A DNA stretch of 64,000 nt, from assembly GCA_040285825.1 (NCBI GenBank), contig JAUPSS010000001.1, positions 2,480,001 to 2,544,000 of the forward strand. Reading direction: 5' to 3'. This stretch comes from Eukaryota sp. TZLM1-RC. Its lineage: Eukaryota > Protista > Metamonada: BaSk clade. Of the stretch, positions 13,201-25,100 are shown in pieces. A program made the position numbers and the translations under genes. Every line of letters starts with the position of its first letter. The first letter of the stretch is position 1. The notes beneath the pieces are model-generated. The model did not search any database. It saw nothing but the letters and a program-made list of their open reading frames with translations, and was not told the origin of the DNA.

Positions 13201-15966
13201 ACATCATGCAACTCATTAAATCACCAATGACCATTCAACCAATCATACCAATGACTACTCAAATGACCATAGCACGGACTTTAACACCACAATTGTTATA
13301 TTAATTGTCCCAAAATGGACTTTAAAGATTTGACCAATGATTGTAATAAACAACCATTGGTCAATATACGAAACTAGGAACTTCATATGAGCCTCAGTAA
13401 ATCGTATCAAAAACGATACTCTTACACTTACAGCAATGGTTTTATTAGTTTGCAACATTCAATTGTATACTTTTTGATTTTTTACTATTTTTACAATTTA
13501 ATGTTTAAAAATTAATAAACTCAATTAATTCAAATATATACAAAATCAATTGAAAATGTAATCATGAGTTTGTACTGATCAAACACATAGCCAACATTAC
13601 TCACACACAATTTCACACAAAGTTTGATCACAAGTTGATCACATCTAGTACATAAGGACTACATCATGCAACTCACCAAATCACCAATGACCATTCAACC
13701 AATCATACCAATGACTACTCAAATGACCATAGCACGGACTTTAACACCACAATTGTTATATTAATTGTCCCAAAATGGACTTTAAAGATTTGACCAATGA
13801 TTGTAATAAACAACCATTGGTCAATATACGAAACTAGGAACTTCATATGAGCCTCAGTAAATCGTATCAAAACGATACTCTTACACTTACAGCAATGGTT
13901 TTATTAGTTTGCAACATTCAATTGTATACTTTTTGATTTTTTACTATTTTTACAATTTAATGTTTAAAAATTAATAAACTCAATTAATTCAAATATATAC
14001 AAAATCAATTGAAAATGTAATCACGAATTTGTACTGATCACATAGCCAACATTACTCACACACAATTTCACACAAAGTTTGATCACAAGTTGATCACATC
14101 TAGTACATAAGGACTACATGCAACTCACGTAATCACACCAATGACCATTCAACCAATCATACCAATGACTACTCAAATGACCATAGCACGGACTTTAACA
14201 CCACAATTGTTATATTAATTGTCCCAAAATGGACTTTAAAGATTTGACCAATGATTGTAATAAACAACCATTGGTCAATATACGAAACTAGGAACTTCAT
14301 ATGAGCCTCAGTAAATCGTATCAAAAACGATACTCTTACACTTACAGCAATGGTTTTATTAGTTTGCAACATTCAATTGTATACTTTTTGATTTTTTACT
14401 ATTTTTACAATTTAATGTTTAAAAATTAATAAACTCAATTAATTCAAATATATACAAAATCAATTGAAAATGTAATCATGAGTTTGTACTGATCAAGTAA
14501 CACATAGCCAACATTACTCACACACAATTTCACACAAAGTTTGATCACAAGTTGATCACAACTAGTACATAAGGACTACATGCAACTCACGTAATCACAC
14601 CAATGACCATTCAACCAATCATACCAATGACTACTCAAATGATCATAGCACGGACTTTAACACCACAATTGTTATATTAATTGTCCCAAAATGGACTTTA
14701 AAGATTTGACCAATGATTGTAATAAACAACCATTGGTCAATATACGAAACTAGGAACTTCATATGAGCCTCAGTAAATCGTATCAAAAACGATACTCTTA
14801 CACTTACAGCAATGGTTTTATTAGTTTGCAACATTCAATTGTATACTTTTTGATTTTTTACTATTTTTACAATTTAATGTTTAAAAATTAATAAACTCAA
14901 TTAATTCAAATATATACAAAATCAATTGAAAATGTAATCATGAGTTTGTACTGATCACATAGCCAACATTACTCACACACAATTTCACACAAAGTTTGAT
15001 CACAAGTTGATCACATCTAGTACATAAGGACTACATGCAACTCACGTAATCACACCAATGACCATTCAACCAATCATACCAATGACTACTCAAATGATCA
15101 TAGCACGGACTTTAACACCACAATTGTTATATTAATTGTCCCAAAATGGACTTTAAAGATTTGACCAATGATTGTAATAAACAACCATTGGTCAATATAC
15201 GAAACTAGGAACTTCATATGAGCCTCAGTAAATCGTATCAAAAACGATACTCTTACACTTACAGCAATGGTTTTATTAGTTTGCAACATTCAATTGTATA
15301 CTTTTTGATTTTTTACTATTTTTACAATTTAATGTTTAAAAATTAATAAACTCAATTAATTCAAATATATACAAAATCAACTGAAAATGTAATCACGAGT
15401 TTGTACTGATCACATAGCCAACATTACTCACACACAATTTCACACAAAGTTTGATCACAAGTTGATCACATCTAGTACATAAGGACTACATCATGCAACT
15501 CACCAACTCACCAATGACCATTCAACCAATCATACCAATGACTACTCAAATGATCATAGCAAGGACTTTAACACCACAATTGTTATATTAATTGTCCCAA
15601 AATGGACTTTAAAGATTTGACCAATGATTGTAATAAACAACCATTGGTCAATATACGAAACTAGAAACTTCATATGAGCCTCAGTAAATCGTATCAAAAA
15701 CGATACTCTTACACTTACAGCAATGGTTTTATTAGTTTGCAACATTCAATTGTATACTTTTTGATTTTTTACTATTTTTACAATTTAATGTTTAAAAATT
15801 AATAAACTCAATTAATTCAAATATATACAAAATCAATTGAAAATGTAATCATGAGTTTGTATTGATCAAGTAACACATAGCCAACATTACTCACACACAA
15901 TTTCACACAAAGTTTGATCACAAGTTGATCACATCTAGTACATAAGGACTACATCATGCAACTCAC
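4235..15966. repeat. Head-to-tail tandem array, ~25.4 copies of a 455-464-bp unit
   Basis: The same block recurs at 4492, 4955, 5418, 5880, 6343 ... 15542 (25 occurrences); units differ only by a few SNPs and small indels. Confidence 0.99.
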
Positions 15967-16044
15967 TTGATTTTGATTTTCAGTATGAATACAAACCAAG
16001 AAATTGTGGCCTAACAATCCTTTAACTATAAGAAACATTTAGCT

Positions 16045-16087
<43 letters not shown>

Positions 16088-16190
16088 AGCCAAGCGTTAA
16101 TAGCGACGTTGCTTTTTGATTCTTCGACGTCGGCTCTTCCTATCATTGAGAAGCAGAATTCTCAAAGCGTTGGATTGTTCACCCATTGAA
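15962..16190 (+). rRNA. Isolated fragment (pseudogene) of eukaryotic cytosolic 28S/LSU rRNA, domain V peptidyl-transferase region
   Basis: Contains CTTGATTTTGATTTTCAGTATGAATAC, GGTGTCAGAAAAGTTACCACAGGGATAACTGGCTTGTGGCAGCCAAGCG and GTCGGCTCTTCCTATCATTG...GGATTGTTCACCCA, all conserved LSU sequence; flanks are not rRNA. Confidence 0.96.
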
Positions 16191-16772
16191 AGGTTAAAAG
16201 GTAGGATTAATGAAAAACAGAAACGATGGACTACAAAGTATACTGAGGAAGATTACGACAGGAACCAAATGATAGAGTCTTACGAAATGACAATCGAAGA
16301 TGCAATCACCGAATAATCTGCGTTTGCTGCCAATTGAGCAACTTTTATATATTTTTCCAACTTTGTGGTTGCCAAACTTCGGCAAGTTTTTTTGACAATT
16401 GACTTTTATAGTCTTGACTTGTGGAACATTCATAAAATGCAAGCTTTTATTCACAAGCAAAAGACTGAAAGTTGGTTATTAAAATATCTTGTGTAGCAAT
16501 TTGGCAACCCAAAAGACACTTTAATTCTAATGGATGATTATGGTAGAAAAGGTTCCAAGAATTTGAAACATCAGAGACCTACTCGAGGCATTGGATGGAT
16601 TCAATTTCTGAAAAGAAATGGATTTGAAGTATTGATGATTAATGAAGCTTTCACTTCAGCAAAATGTCCTGTTTGTTTTGAAAAGGTTGCTACGTTTTTG
16701 AGAGTAACAAATCCCAGATTCTATAGAAGAGAAAAGACTCCTGTTACTACATGTCATTGTTTATTAGCTTGA
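16191..16772 (+). pseudogene. Fanzor1 (TnpB-like) remnant: bridge helix, RuvC-II and zinc finger
   Basis: One frame reads HKMQAFIHKQKTESWLLKYLV*QFGNPKDTLILMDDYG...KHQRPTRGIGW...LMINEAFTSAKCPVC...VTNPR...CHCLL* with three internal stops, matching the Fanzor1 pattern GD.S...EP..G.G...DE..TS..C..C...NPR...HGLL. Confidence 0.85.
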
Positions 16773-16825
16773 TGGGAATTTTCCACATTTCCAGAAAGCA
16801 ACCTGAAAAAATACTGCTTCTGCAG

Positions 16826-18199
16826 ATGTCTTCCTCAAACATCAGTTTTCTTCTTCTTCTTTCATTTGCTTTTTTGACCACTGCACACACTGCTGATGAA
16901 TGGAAATCTAAGTCTATATATCAAATAATAACAGATCGATTTGCTCCTGAACCTGACACATCTCCACGTTATTGTCATGACTTATGGAAATACTGCGGGG
17001 GAACTTTTAATGGTATCACATCAAAACTCCAGTACATCAAATCTCTTGGTTATGACGCCATCTGGATCTCTCCAATCCCTGAAAATTTTGCAGATCAGTA
17101 CCATGGCTATGCAGCAACCAACTTTTACAAAATCAATCGCTATTTTGGAACTGCTGCTGACCTTTCCAATCTAGTCTCAACTGCTAACAACCTTGGCATC
17201 TGGGTCATGCTGGATGTTGTTGCCAATCACGTTTCCCCTGTTGAAAATGATACAGATTTTTCAGCTATAACTCCTTTTAATCATGCTTCCCATTATCACC
17301 CTCTTTGTCATGTACAGGATTACTCCAATCAAACAGAAGTGGAGGTCTGTAGGATTTATAATCTACCTGATTTGGACCAATCAAACCCCTTTGTAAGAGA
17401 GACTTTACTTGATTGGATCAAAAATGTCATTCATTATTTTCAATTTTCCGGAATTCGAATAGACACTGTTCCACACGTTTCTGCATCATTTTGGAAGGAA
17501 TTCACCACTTCTGCAGGAGTTTTCAGTACTGGCGAAGTGTTTAATGGGGATTATTCCTACGTTGGACATTATCAAAATTATATGGATTCCTTATTGAATT
17601 ACCCTTTATATTTCACTCTTAAAAATGTTTTTGGAAAAAGAGAAACTATGTGGTGGTTCCGTCTTCATTATGAAAACATGTCGACAAATTTTCAAAATCT
17701 TGATGTAATGGTAAATTTCATTGATAACCATGATAATCCACGCTTTTTGTTTGAGTTTCCTTGTCTTTCTTGTTACAAATCAGCTTTGGCATTTGTTTTC
17801 TTTTCACAGGGAATTCCCACTGGATATTACGGATCTGAGCAACTGTATAATGGTGGCCAAGACCCTGAAAATAGGGAACCTTTGTGGTATTCTGGTTATA
17901 AATGGACTGAGATGAGTGAATTTATCATGAAGTTAAATTATTTACGTAAAGAAGCAGAGTTGCATTTGCTTGAACAAAATGAATGCTTCATTAATGATTC
18001 AGGTTATGTTTTTAGTAGGGGAAAATATTTATTTGCCTTTACCAACTCTGAAGATCACCAGGTTATGGAAGTTTTTAACCATCCGTTCTCTGAAGGTCAG
18101 CTTGTTTGTAACTATTTTTGGAATAGTGATTGTGTTACTGTTGATGAAGGCAAGTTGACTGTAGTGTTGGAAAGAGGGGAGGTAAAGGTATTTTTCTAG
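16826..18199 (+). CDS. Secreted alpha-amylase, GH13 (eukaryotic Taka-amylase-like)
   Basis: Signal peptide after the ATG at 16826; motifs IYQIITDRF, YCGGTFNGI, YHGY, DVVANH, GIRIDTVPHV (nucleophile D), GEVF (acid/base E), FIDNHD. Confidence 0.95.
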   Translation: MSSSNISFLLLLSFAFLTTAHTADEWKSKSIYQIITDRFAPEPDTSPRYCHDLWKYCGGTFNGITSKLQYIKSLGYDAIWISPIPENFADQYHGYAATNFYKINRYFGTAADLSNLVSTANNLGIWVMLDVVANHVSPVENDTDFSAITPFNHASHYHPLCHVQDYSNQTEVEVCRIYNLPDLDQSNPFVRETLLDWIKNVIHYFQFSGIRIDTVPHVSASFWKEFTTSAGVFSTGEVFNGDYSYVGHYQNYMDSLLNYPLYFTLKNVFGKRETMWWFRLHYENMSTNFQNLDVMVNFIDNHDNPRFLFEFPCLSCYKSALAFVFFSQGIPTGYYGSEQLYNGGQDPENREPLWYSGYKWTEMSEFIMKLNYLRKEAELHLLEQNECFINDSGYVFSRGKYLFAFTNSEDHQVMEVFNHPFSEGQLVCNYFWNSDCVTVDEGKLTVVLERGEVKVFF

Positions 18200-18429
18200 T
18201 TTTTATTTTGTTTTTTGTCTGTTCTAATAATGTGTATTCTGACTTTTCATCACAATCTAAATGCAATTTTCTTCACAATTTCAATATTGTGCTTCTAGAA
18301 GAGCATTATTGGTGTGTCTCAGTATAAATTTCTTCCAGTTTAATCAATTATTGTAAATGGTGTCTAGTCTATTACAGTTATATACTTTATTTTTGTCGTT
18401 AAAAATCAATGGTTCAATCTTAATGCAAA

Positions 18430-19170
18430 AGACCAATTAAAAAGAGATCAGCAATGTGAGTGGCTGAGATTAAACGAATTGGAGTGGTCAAGGGTGTCAA
18501 AAGTTCTCCCTAAATTCAAAAAATTGAAAAAGAAAAAATTTATTGTATTAAATAGAATGACAGCGGAACAAACAGACTCTACATTATCAAAAGAAATTAT
18601 CAAAACCTTCCATTTGTAATAATTTCTATTCCTATGTTGCTTCCAAGCTATCGAGCAGGACAATTACATTTGATCACTACTGTTTATGGATATTACACAT
18701 TCAAAAAAATGCAAAGATATGTCCGTAGTTAGCAATCAGAGAGTAAGTTATATTAGCTAAGAAACAGTGGAAGCATGAATACACACCTAATGTTTGGTGA
18801 CAACAGCAATAAGACAAAGAATTGAAAGCATGATCGATCAGGTGGAGCAGTTGGATGGAGAAATTTCTTTAATAGAAATGTTGATATGTTGTGTTTGGTT
18901 GATGAAAGAACAACATCTTAAAAAAAGTTTAATGTATTATAACCGAATAAATGTATTTCTTGATGTTGAGAATCCTGGTCCTTGGATGAAAGGGAAGCAT
19001 TTTACTGCAAAATGTCATGCTTTGTTAAGATGTCGATCTGTTATTTGTAGAGAAGAAATGTAATGAAAATATGAAGATATGGAATCGTCATAAGTGAGTA
19101 CATCATGGCGGTCGTAGATTATTATTTGAAGGATAGTGACGGTAATAGACCTCCTTATCTGTTTAGTTAT
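18430..19170 (+). pseudogene. Second Fanzor1 remnant (C-terminal half including RuvC-II, zinc finger and RuvC-III region)
   Basis: Stop- and frameshift-ridden translation FKKMQRYVRS*QSESKL...LMFGDNS...KHDRSGGAVGWRNFF...LVDERTTS / FLDVENPGPW...KCHALLRCRSVIC / IWNRH / GNRPPYLF; colinear with the 16.2-16.8 kb remnant. 5' boundary approximate. Confidence 0.8.
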
Positions 19171-20639
19171 AGTTTTAGTCTTGTTACCTTTTACCACAGT
19201 CAATCTGTATTTGGAATTTTCCAAGTAACAGTAAAGGAAATACAATGGTCCCAATCAATTAAACTGTCATCTATATTACATATATTTGTTTAGACCTGAC
19301 TAATCCATTGCAAAATAAATTAGTCTGGTTTTTTTCTACATAAAGCACATGCCAAACCGGAATTTGTATTGATCTTTCATAGACTTGCGCATTTGATCAA
19401 ACCAACTTAGAACTACTGAGACGAAATCCATTAAACTGATGGTCTTTGGCTATGATTAGTGATCATACAGTGAATGTAATGTAATTCATTACTAAGAGAA
19501 ATAGAATTTTCTCAACTTAAACGTAAAACAAAATACACTAGAATACCAGAGCTATTAATATTATTCAAAATTCACACTGCCTAAATGTAATCGCTTAATT
19601 ATCATCAGGGAAGCATTTTGCCAAAAGTTTAGGAGACATCCGTTCGATTTCATCTTACTATGACATCAAGTACTCGCTGATACAATGTTCTATTCATTGT
19701 TGGTTTTCAGGAACTCTTGTTGAAAATTCAAAAACCAATTCTTTCCAGCCAATAATAGCATCAGTAAGAGCAACTTTACACAAACAGTTCAAAAATAGAA
19801 ATAAAAAATAGTTTGAGAACCGCCTAATGCGGTGCTACAATAAATATGATTTTGTTAAAACGAGGAATCATCAAATACAATAACTGAAAATTGTGTTCTT
19901 CTTTCACTAAAAAGTTCTGCAAAATTCAAGAGGAGTAATTGATGTGGTCGAGCGTGAAATAAAGATTAATTCTCCTGCTTATCAAATTTTAAGAAAGTTG
20001 AAGTCTATATGTTTTTCAACATCTAGATCTGATAAAACCGTAAGTTTTTGTTCAAAATGTGCTAAATCAATAGAAAGGAACTAATTTCGAACTTGATCAA
20101 AGTTAACTAAGTAACAGCTTAAAAATCGAAAGTTTGATTCTCTATAATGAAAGGAACATTGAGATTATCTATAAAAAGTTTTCATAGAGTTGTGTGATAC
20201 GTATGAAGTAAATAAGAATGATTTAGCTTCTAGAAAATAAGTTCGGAACCGACAAAACATGGATAAACTATCCAAGGCGTTTTTAAAGTCTGAAGTAATC
20301 ATATATTGCATAGCTGGAAACCATCTTGATATGTTTCATGATCAAAACAATCAACAAAAAGAGGATTTTGAAAGTTGGTCTGTGAGGTGAACTGAATCAG
20401 AAATTTGACCGTAAACTAATACGACTTGGATCATTCCTTTTTCACCAAACTCGTTTATGATTACGTTTTTTGTCAAAAGCTACTTGTTTTTCCATCGTCG
20501 CTTTGATACCCAAAGTTTTGCCCTTACTGAAGGAAACATCAATTTTTTTGTAAATTAATATTACTTTTTGCAAATCTTTTACAAGATATCTGTGATAGTA
20601 CATCTTCTGCTCGAGTAACAACCATTCCTCAAGTTTATG

Positions 20640-21400
20640 GCACTCTCTTAACTGATTCTGCTTGGACTTTGATTACGAAACTTCGTTCTTTATTCTAGCC
20701 CTGATAATTAACCTAATAATTTAATTTTGCAAATATACTTGAAAAATTACATTTACTCATTTGTAAAATTGTAAACATTTTATTACTTTTAGAAGCAAGG
20801 TTCACGATGCTGTAAGAGACCAATTATACTGTATGTGTAAGTCTCATAGAATTGAATCCTTCTTGGAACCTCTGTTGTCAAATTTGTTTGATGCTGAAGA
20901 TGATTTCCGTAAGAATAATAGAGGTGATGTCAATTTATATGGTTTAGGTGGAACCTTCATTTTATTCGATGTAATGTCTGTTGATCCTTGTAGTGTCTCA
21001 AATGAAATGCTGGCAAATTCTGAAGGTCATAATCCTCTTTCAAATGTTGAAATTTTCAAAATCAAAAATAAATTAAACCGTTGTCCAAATTGTCCAGTCA
21101 ACAGCATGCAAAATACAATTTATATCCATTTGTATTTTCTCTACTTGGTTTACTTGCTCCCACGGCTTTACTTTTTTGGCAAACCTTGAAAGGATTGTAA
21201 AAAGAAGAACTAACAGAAGTTTCAACAAATTGTTTTGGCAAAATAGATTTGGGTTTTATATTTTTAAGGGGATGTTGAAGACGGTTTCTGATGCTTTGCT
21301 TTCTCTTAGATCTCAATATGAGAGAATTGCATCTAGTTTTTTTGTTTTGGAAGAGATGTATTATTTAGATGTGGATTTATAAATTTTCTATTAAATAAAA
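20640..21400 (+). mobile_element. Decayed 3' end of an RLE-type (CRE/R2-like) non-LTR retrotransposon
   Basis: THL*NCKHFITFRSKVHDAVRDQLY...EPLL...NRGDV...FDV aligns with the knuckle and endonuclease motifs at 43.5-43.9 kb; AATAAA-like signal near 21394. Confidence 0.72.
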
Positions 21401-22158
21401 ATATTTAAAACAATATTACTACTGATTCTTTTATGATTCCTATATTTTCTTTATGTTCTCTTCCAAGGTCTTGCATTTTGTGAAAATGGGTAAATAACCT
21501 GTGAACGATATTGGTTAACATCTTAATGTTATTGGTTTGCTCAAAATGTTGAAGTGGTGTTTGTGACTTTCACAATTGGACTCTGTGGTCCAATTATTAA
21601 GTATTATTATTATTATTATTAAATATGGTCTGTGGTTGATTTAACTGTGGTTTCTGGCTTATTCATATTCTCCAGTGTCTTCATCTGGTCAACAGTTCGC
21701 TATAGAAAATATAACAATCAGTAATCCTTCCGTTAACAATTGCAATGGAAAGGTGATATACCTTTGTGTGTCCTACAGATTTGAACGTTATTTTTGATGC
21801 AGTTTTATACCACAACAAAGACTTTTGTGATGTTGTGCAAGCTATAAACATCAATCGTTCTGATGTTGCCTTCTTCTTGCATTACCTGAATCAATAGTTC
21901 ATGTTGAATTTCTGAATGTGCATATTTCTAGATAATTTGATGGGATGATCCAAGTTGTGGATTTTTGTAACACAAAAAAAACCAATGAAACATGGTCGTG
22001 TAGAGTACACCATAAGCCAACTGGTTCTACGTGATGTTATTTTAATTGAGAAAAATCGGTACAGTGATTGTAAAATCACCGAAAAAACTGCTTGCGAAAG
22101 GAAAATAAAACAATAAATTTATAATTGAAAATATGTACATAGATACAAAGAAGAGTAT

Positions 22159-25100
22159 TTAAAACAAAGCATTGGGAATATCACTGGGAGAAGGCTTTTT
22201 ACTTGCAAACTTCTGAGCACTCACTAATTGTGAAGGTCTGGCCAGCCTACTGCTTTCTTTCTTCAACCCAGGATTAATTTTCAATGGTGGTAAATTATTA
22301 TTATTGACAAAACTTTTGAGTGGTGAAAGATTTTGAGGGGCGTGAGATTTCAAGGGAGTTTTTACAGGTAAAGCGGACAAAGACGGTAAAGGTGATCTTG
22401 AATCTAAATTTTCCTTTAATAGAGTCTTACGAGATGGTGAAGTTCGTGATTGAGCAAATTCTTTAGCCAATGGAAGAGGAGTGGGTAATTTTGACGGAAT
22501 TGGCATCTTTTGTTCAACCTTTAAGGAAGGAAAAACTGGAGCTGCCTGTCGCCAGTCTTTACCCAAAGTCTTTACCTTTTGTGACTTCATTCTATTCAAA
22601 AGTTTACGAATATGGCCTTTTTTATGTACATAGTACATAAAAAGCAGAATGATGATGATGAATAGTAATAATAACCACCAATTAAACACAGACTTATGAA
22701 TATAACAGGGAATAACAGAAATGAACGTGTTCTGATTGTCTGAACCGACATCCGAAGCTAGTTCAAGATGGAAAAAATACATCTTAGAAAACTTTACTTT
22801 TGGGATTTCAATCTCAATTACACTGGAGAAAATATCAATGTTATTTGAATCCAAGACTCGATGAGATGTCTTTTGTTTAAAGTAAAATCCATTAACACTA
22901 GAGTGGTCCTGAACTAAGTAAATAGAACTACCTACAGCCTTACCATCATGACCTATACACCCTTTGATGCCAATATTCAAAGGGCAGAAAATCAAACTTT
23001 TTAGTTCAATTTCTGAAGTTGAAAGAGGGACGTTGAATGAGTGAAATGCGAATGAATTAATAAAAACGTGTTCTTTGTGATTGAATGGTCCTGCATCATG
23101 AAGTAGGTGAATATTGGACAACGAAAGCGGTTGTCCCAACCTCTTGAAGACTAATGTTTCATTTTCTAAAGAAAACTTTGTAGCAATAGAGCCGTAAGAC
23201 GAAGAATAGTTGACCAATGACTGAACAGGGTCAGTAGAAACTTTGAAAGTAATTTTTAAATTGGGATCCCTGCCCGATGTCAATTCGTAGGTTCCATAGA
23301 AATAAGAAGGTAAACTAAAAGATTTTGATGAGGACAATAAATAATTCCTCCACCTTTTACGTAAAGAAAGTTGGACAGGTCCTTTAATATTAGTTAAGCT
23401 ATACCTGGAGTAAAACTGAAGTTCGAAGAATAATTTACCATCTTTTACTATCCAAACAATGAAAGCATTTTCCATGGGTTTATGATCTTTACAATCAACA
23501 CACGAAATATTGACTTCAGACACAACAGCAATAGAATTGAACAAGAAAAGATGGTAATCTTGGTAAATAGATCTTTCAGGAAGGTTGGTAACATTAATTA
23601 AAGAAATTGAGAGATCACCAAAAATCGATAAGAGTCCAGTATTGTTAAATGCCTTGAAATGGACTTGGCGATCTGAAAATCGATTCTTACATTTGAAAAG
23701 ATCCAGACTAGAAACAGTAAGAGAATAAGAGACAAATTCACAACCTGCGGAAGCCTGATACCAAATATTTGAAGGCGCATATGAAATAAAATAGTCAGAA
23801 TTTAACGAATTATTCAAATTGGAATGAGGGGCTGTCAGTAAAAACAATGAGGGATCAACACTATCAAAGTACCCGAATAATTTGTTGGAGCACATTGAAG
23901 TATTAAAGAAACTGAAATTCTCAACGTATTCATAATCAATATACCATGTTAATCCATCTCTTGCATAAGGAACAACCACTTCAAAATAATAGCAATCATA
24001 ACCAAATGGTTTGTGAACAAATGTAATAAGATTTTCATCCAAAGGATCCTTCAATATGCAATCTAGACAGTCTCCCCACATCCAATTATCATAATCATGA
24101 AACTTTGGGTAACTATCAATACTAGAATCACAATGACCATCAGTACCACTCCAACCACATCTAGGAAGAATTGAACAGTCCCCACAGTTGTCCACTTCAA
24201 AACAAGTCAATGGGCAAAAGGGATAGTCATCGTAACATTCACAAAATGAGTAAGTACACCATTGGTTATCAAGGTAGGCTATTCCAGAACCTACAATAAA
24301 ACCTGGTTCCAGTACAAAGATACCAGGTTTAATCGTCACAAAACTGTCCTTCGTTATAAACAAAAGAGACTGTTGGCTTAATAAAGAAATCGAAGAAAAA
24401 TACGAAGAGTTTGAAGTCCTAATAATACCAGAATAAACCAAGATATTTGACAACTTGGAAGTTGAACTTGTATACAAACCATGATTATTACAATAGCTGT
24501 CCCAATAGATATCATCCTCGAATACAAAACTACTATGAGAAAATGATTCACACGTGATATTGATAGAAACAGTGGGTCTAAAATAAACACCGTCCAGAAT
24601 GTGAAGTTGACCCGCAATCAGATTGATTGGAGAGTTGATTGGAAATGCCAAGTGATGAGAAGCGCCAGAAATCACAATGGATATGTCTAATTCAGCATAA
24701 TTTTGAAGACAATAGCCATTACGTAACTCAAGGACGCTGTCAGTTGAATTCAAAGAACAACTGATAATTTGGTGATAATTTAGAAATCCAAATTGGTTAA
24801 TTATAAAGTGTGTACCACACAAATAAATTTGACCATAATTAATTAAAAATGGATCAACAGACAGGAGAGAACTCTCAGAAAAATTAAACATTCCATAGTT
24901 AATAATGGTTGAATTTGATTGTCCATTAATATAACAAGAATTACAGGCAGAGCTCAACAAAGAGCCAGTATCAAAAAAGAGAATTGTGCCATTTTCTGAA
25001 TGCAAATTTCCATCAACAAAGGTAATAACTGATTGATTTTTAGCAACGAAAAGCCCCGGACCTGTAACAAATAAATCAGCGGTGAGATTGAATTGATTGA

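Noticed and set aside
4492-15745. Repeated 63-67-aa ORF MLQTNKT... as a multicopy gene
   Set aside because: No recognisable motif; broken or shortened in several units and entirely inside the repeat. More simply a by-product of the repeat, though not excluded without proteomics.
4235-15966. CRISPR-like or multi-guide omegaRNA array
   Set aside because: Units have no variable spacer, only SNPs and small indels, and I see no similarity to the hairpins downstream of the 40.8-42.7 kb Fanzor.
15962-16190. Functional rDNA locus or group I intron-split 28S gene
   Set aside because: Only ~230 nt of LSU; no continuing exon, 18S or 5.8S in the window, and no intron core seen.
16194-16197. TTAA at the rRNA/Fanzor junction as a piggyBac (Pokey-like) target site
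   Set aside because: No TIR, second TTAA boundary or transposase; TTAA is very common here.
16751-16825. N-terminal extension of the amylase from the ATG at 16751
   Set aside because: Overlaps the Fanzor remnant; the signal peptide follows the ATG at 16826.
19300-20600. Possible decayed coding or mobile sequence (also 21.7-22.1 kb and 55.4-56.45 kb)
   Set aside because: No sustained ORF or motif I can recognise; left unannotated.
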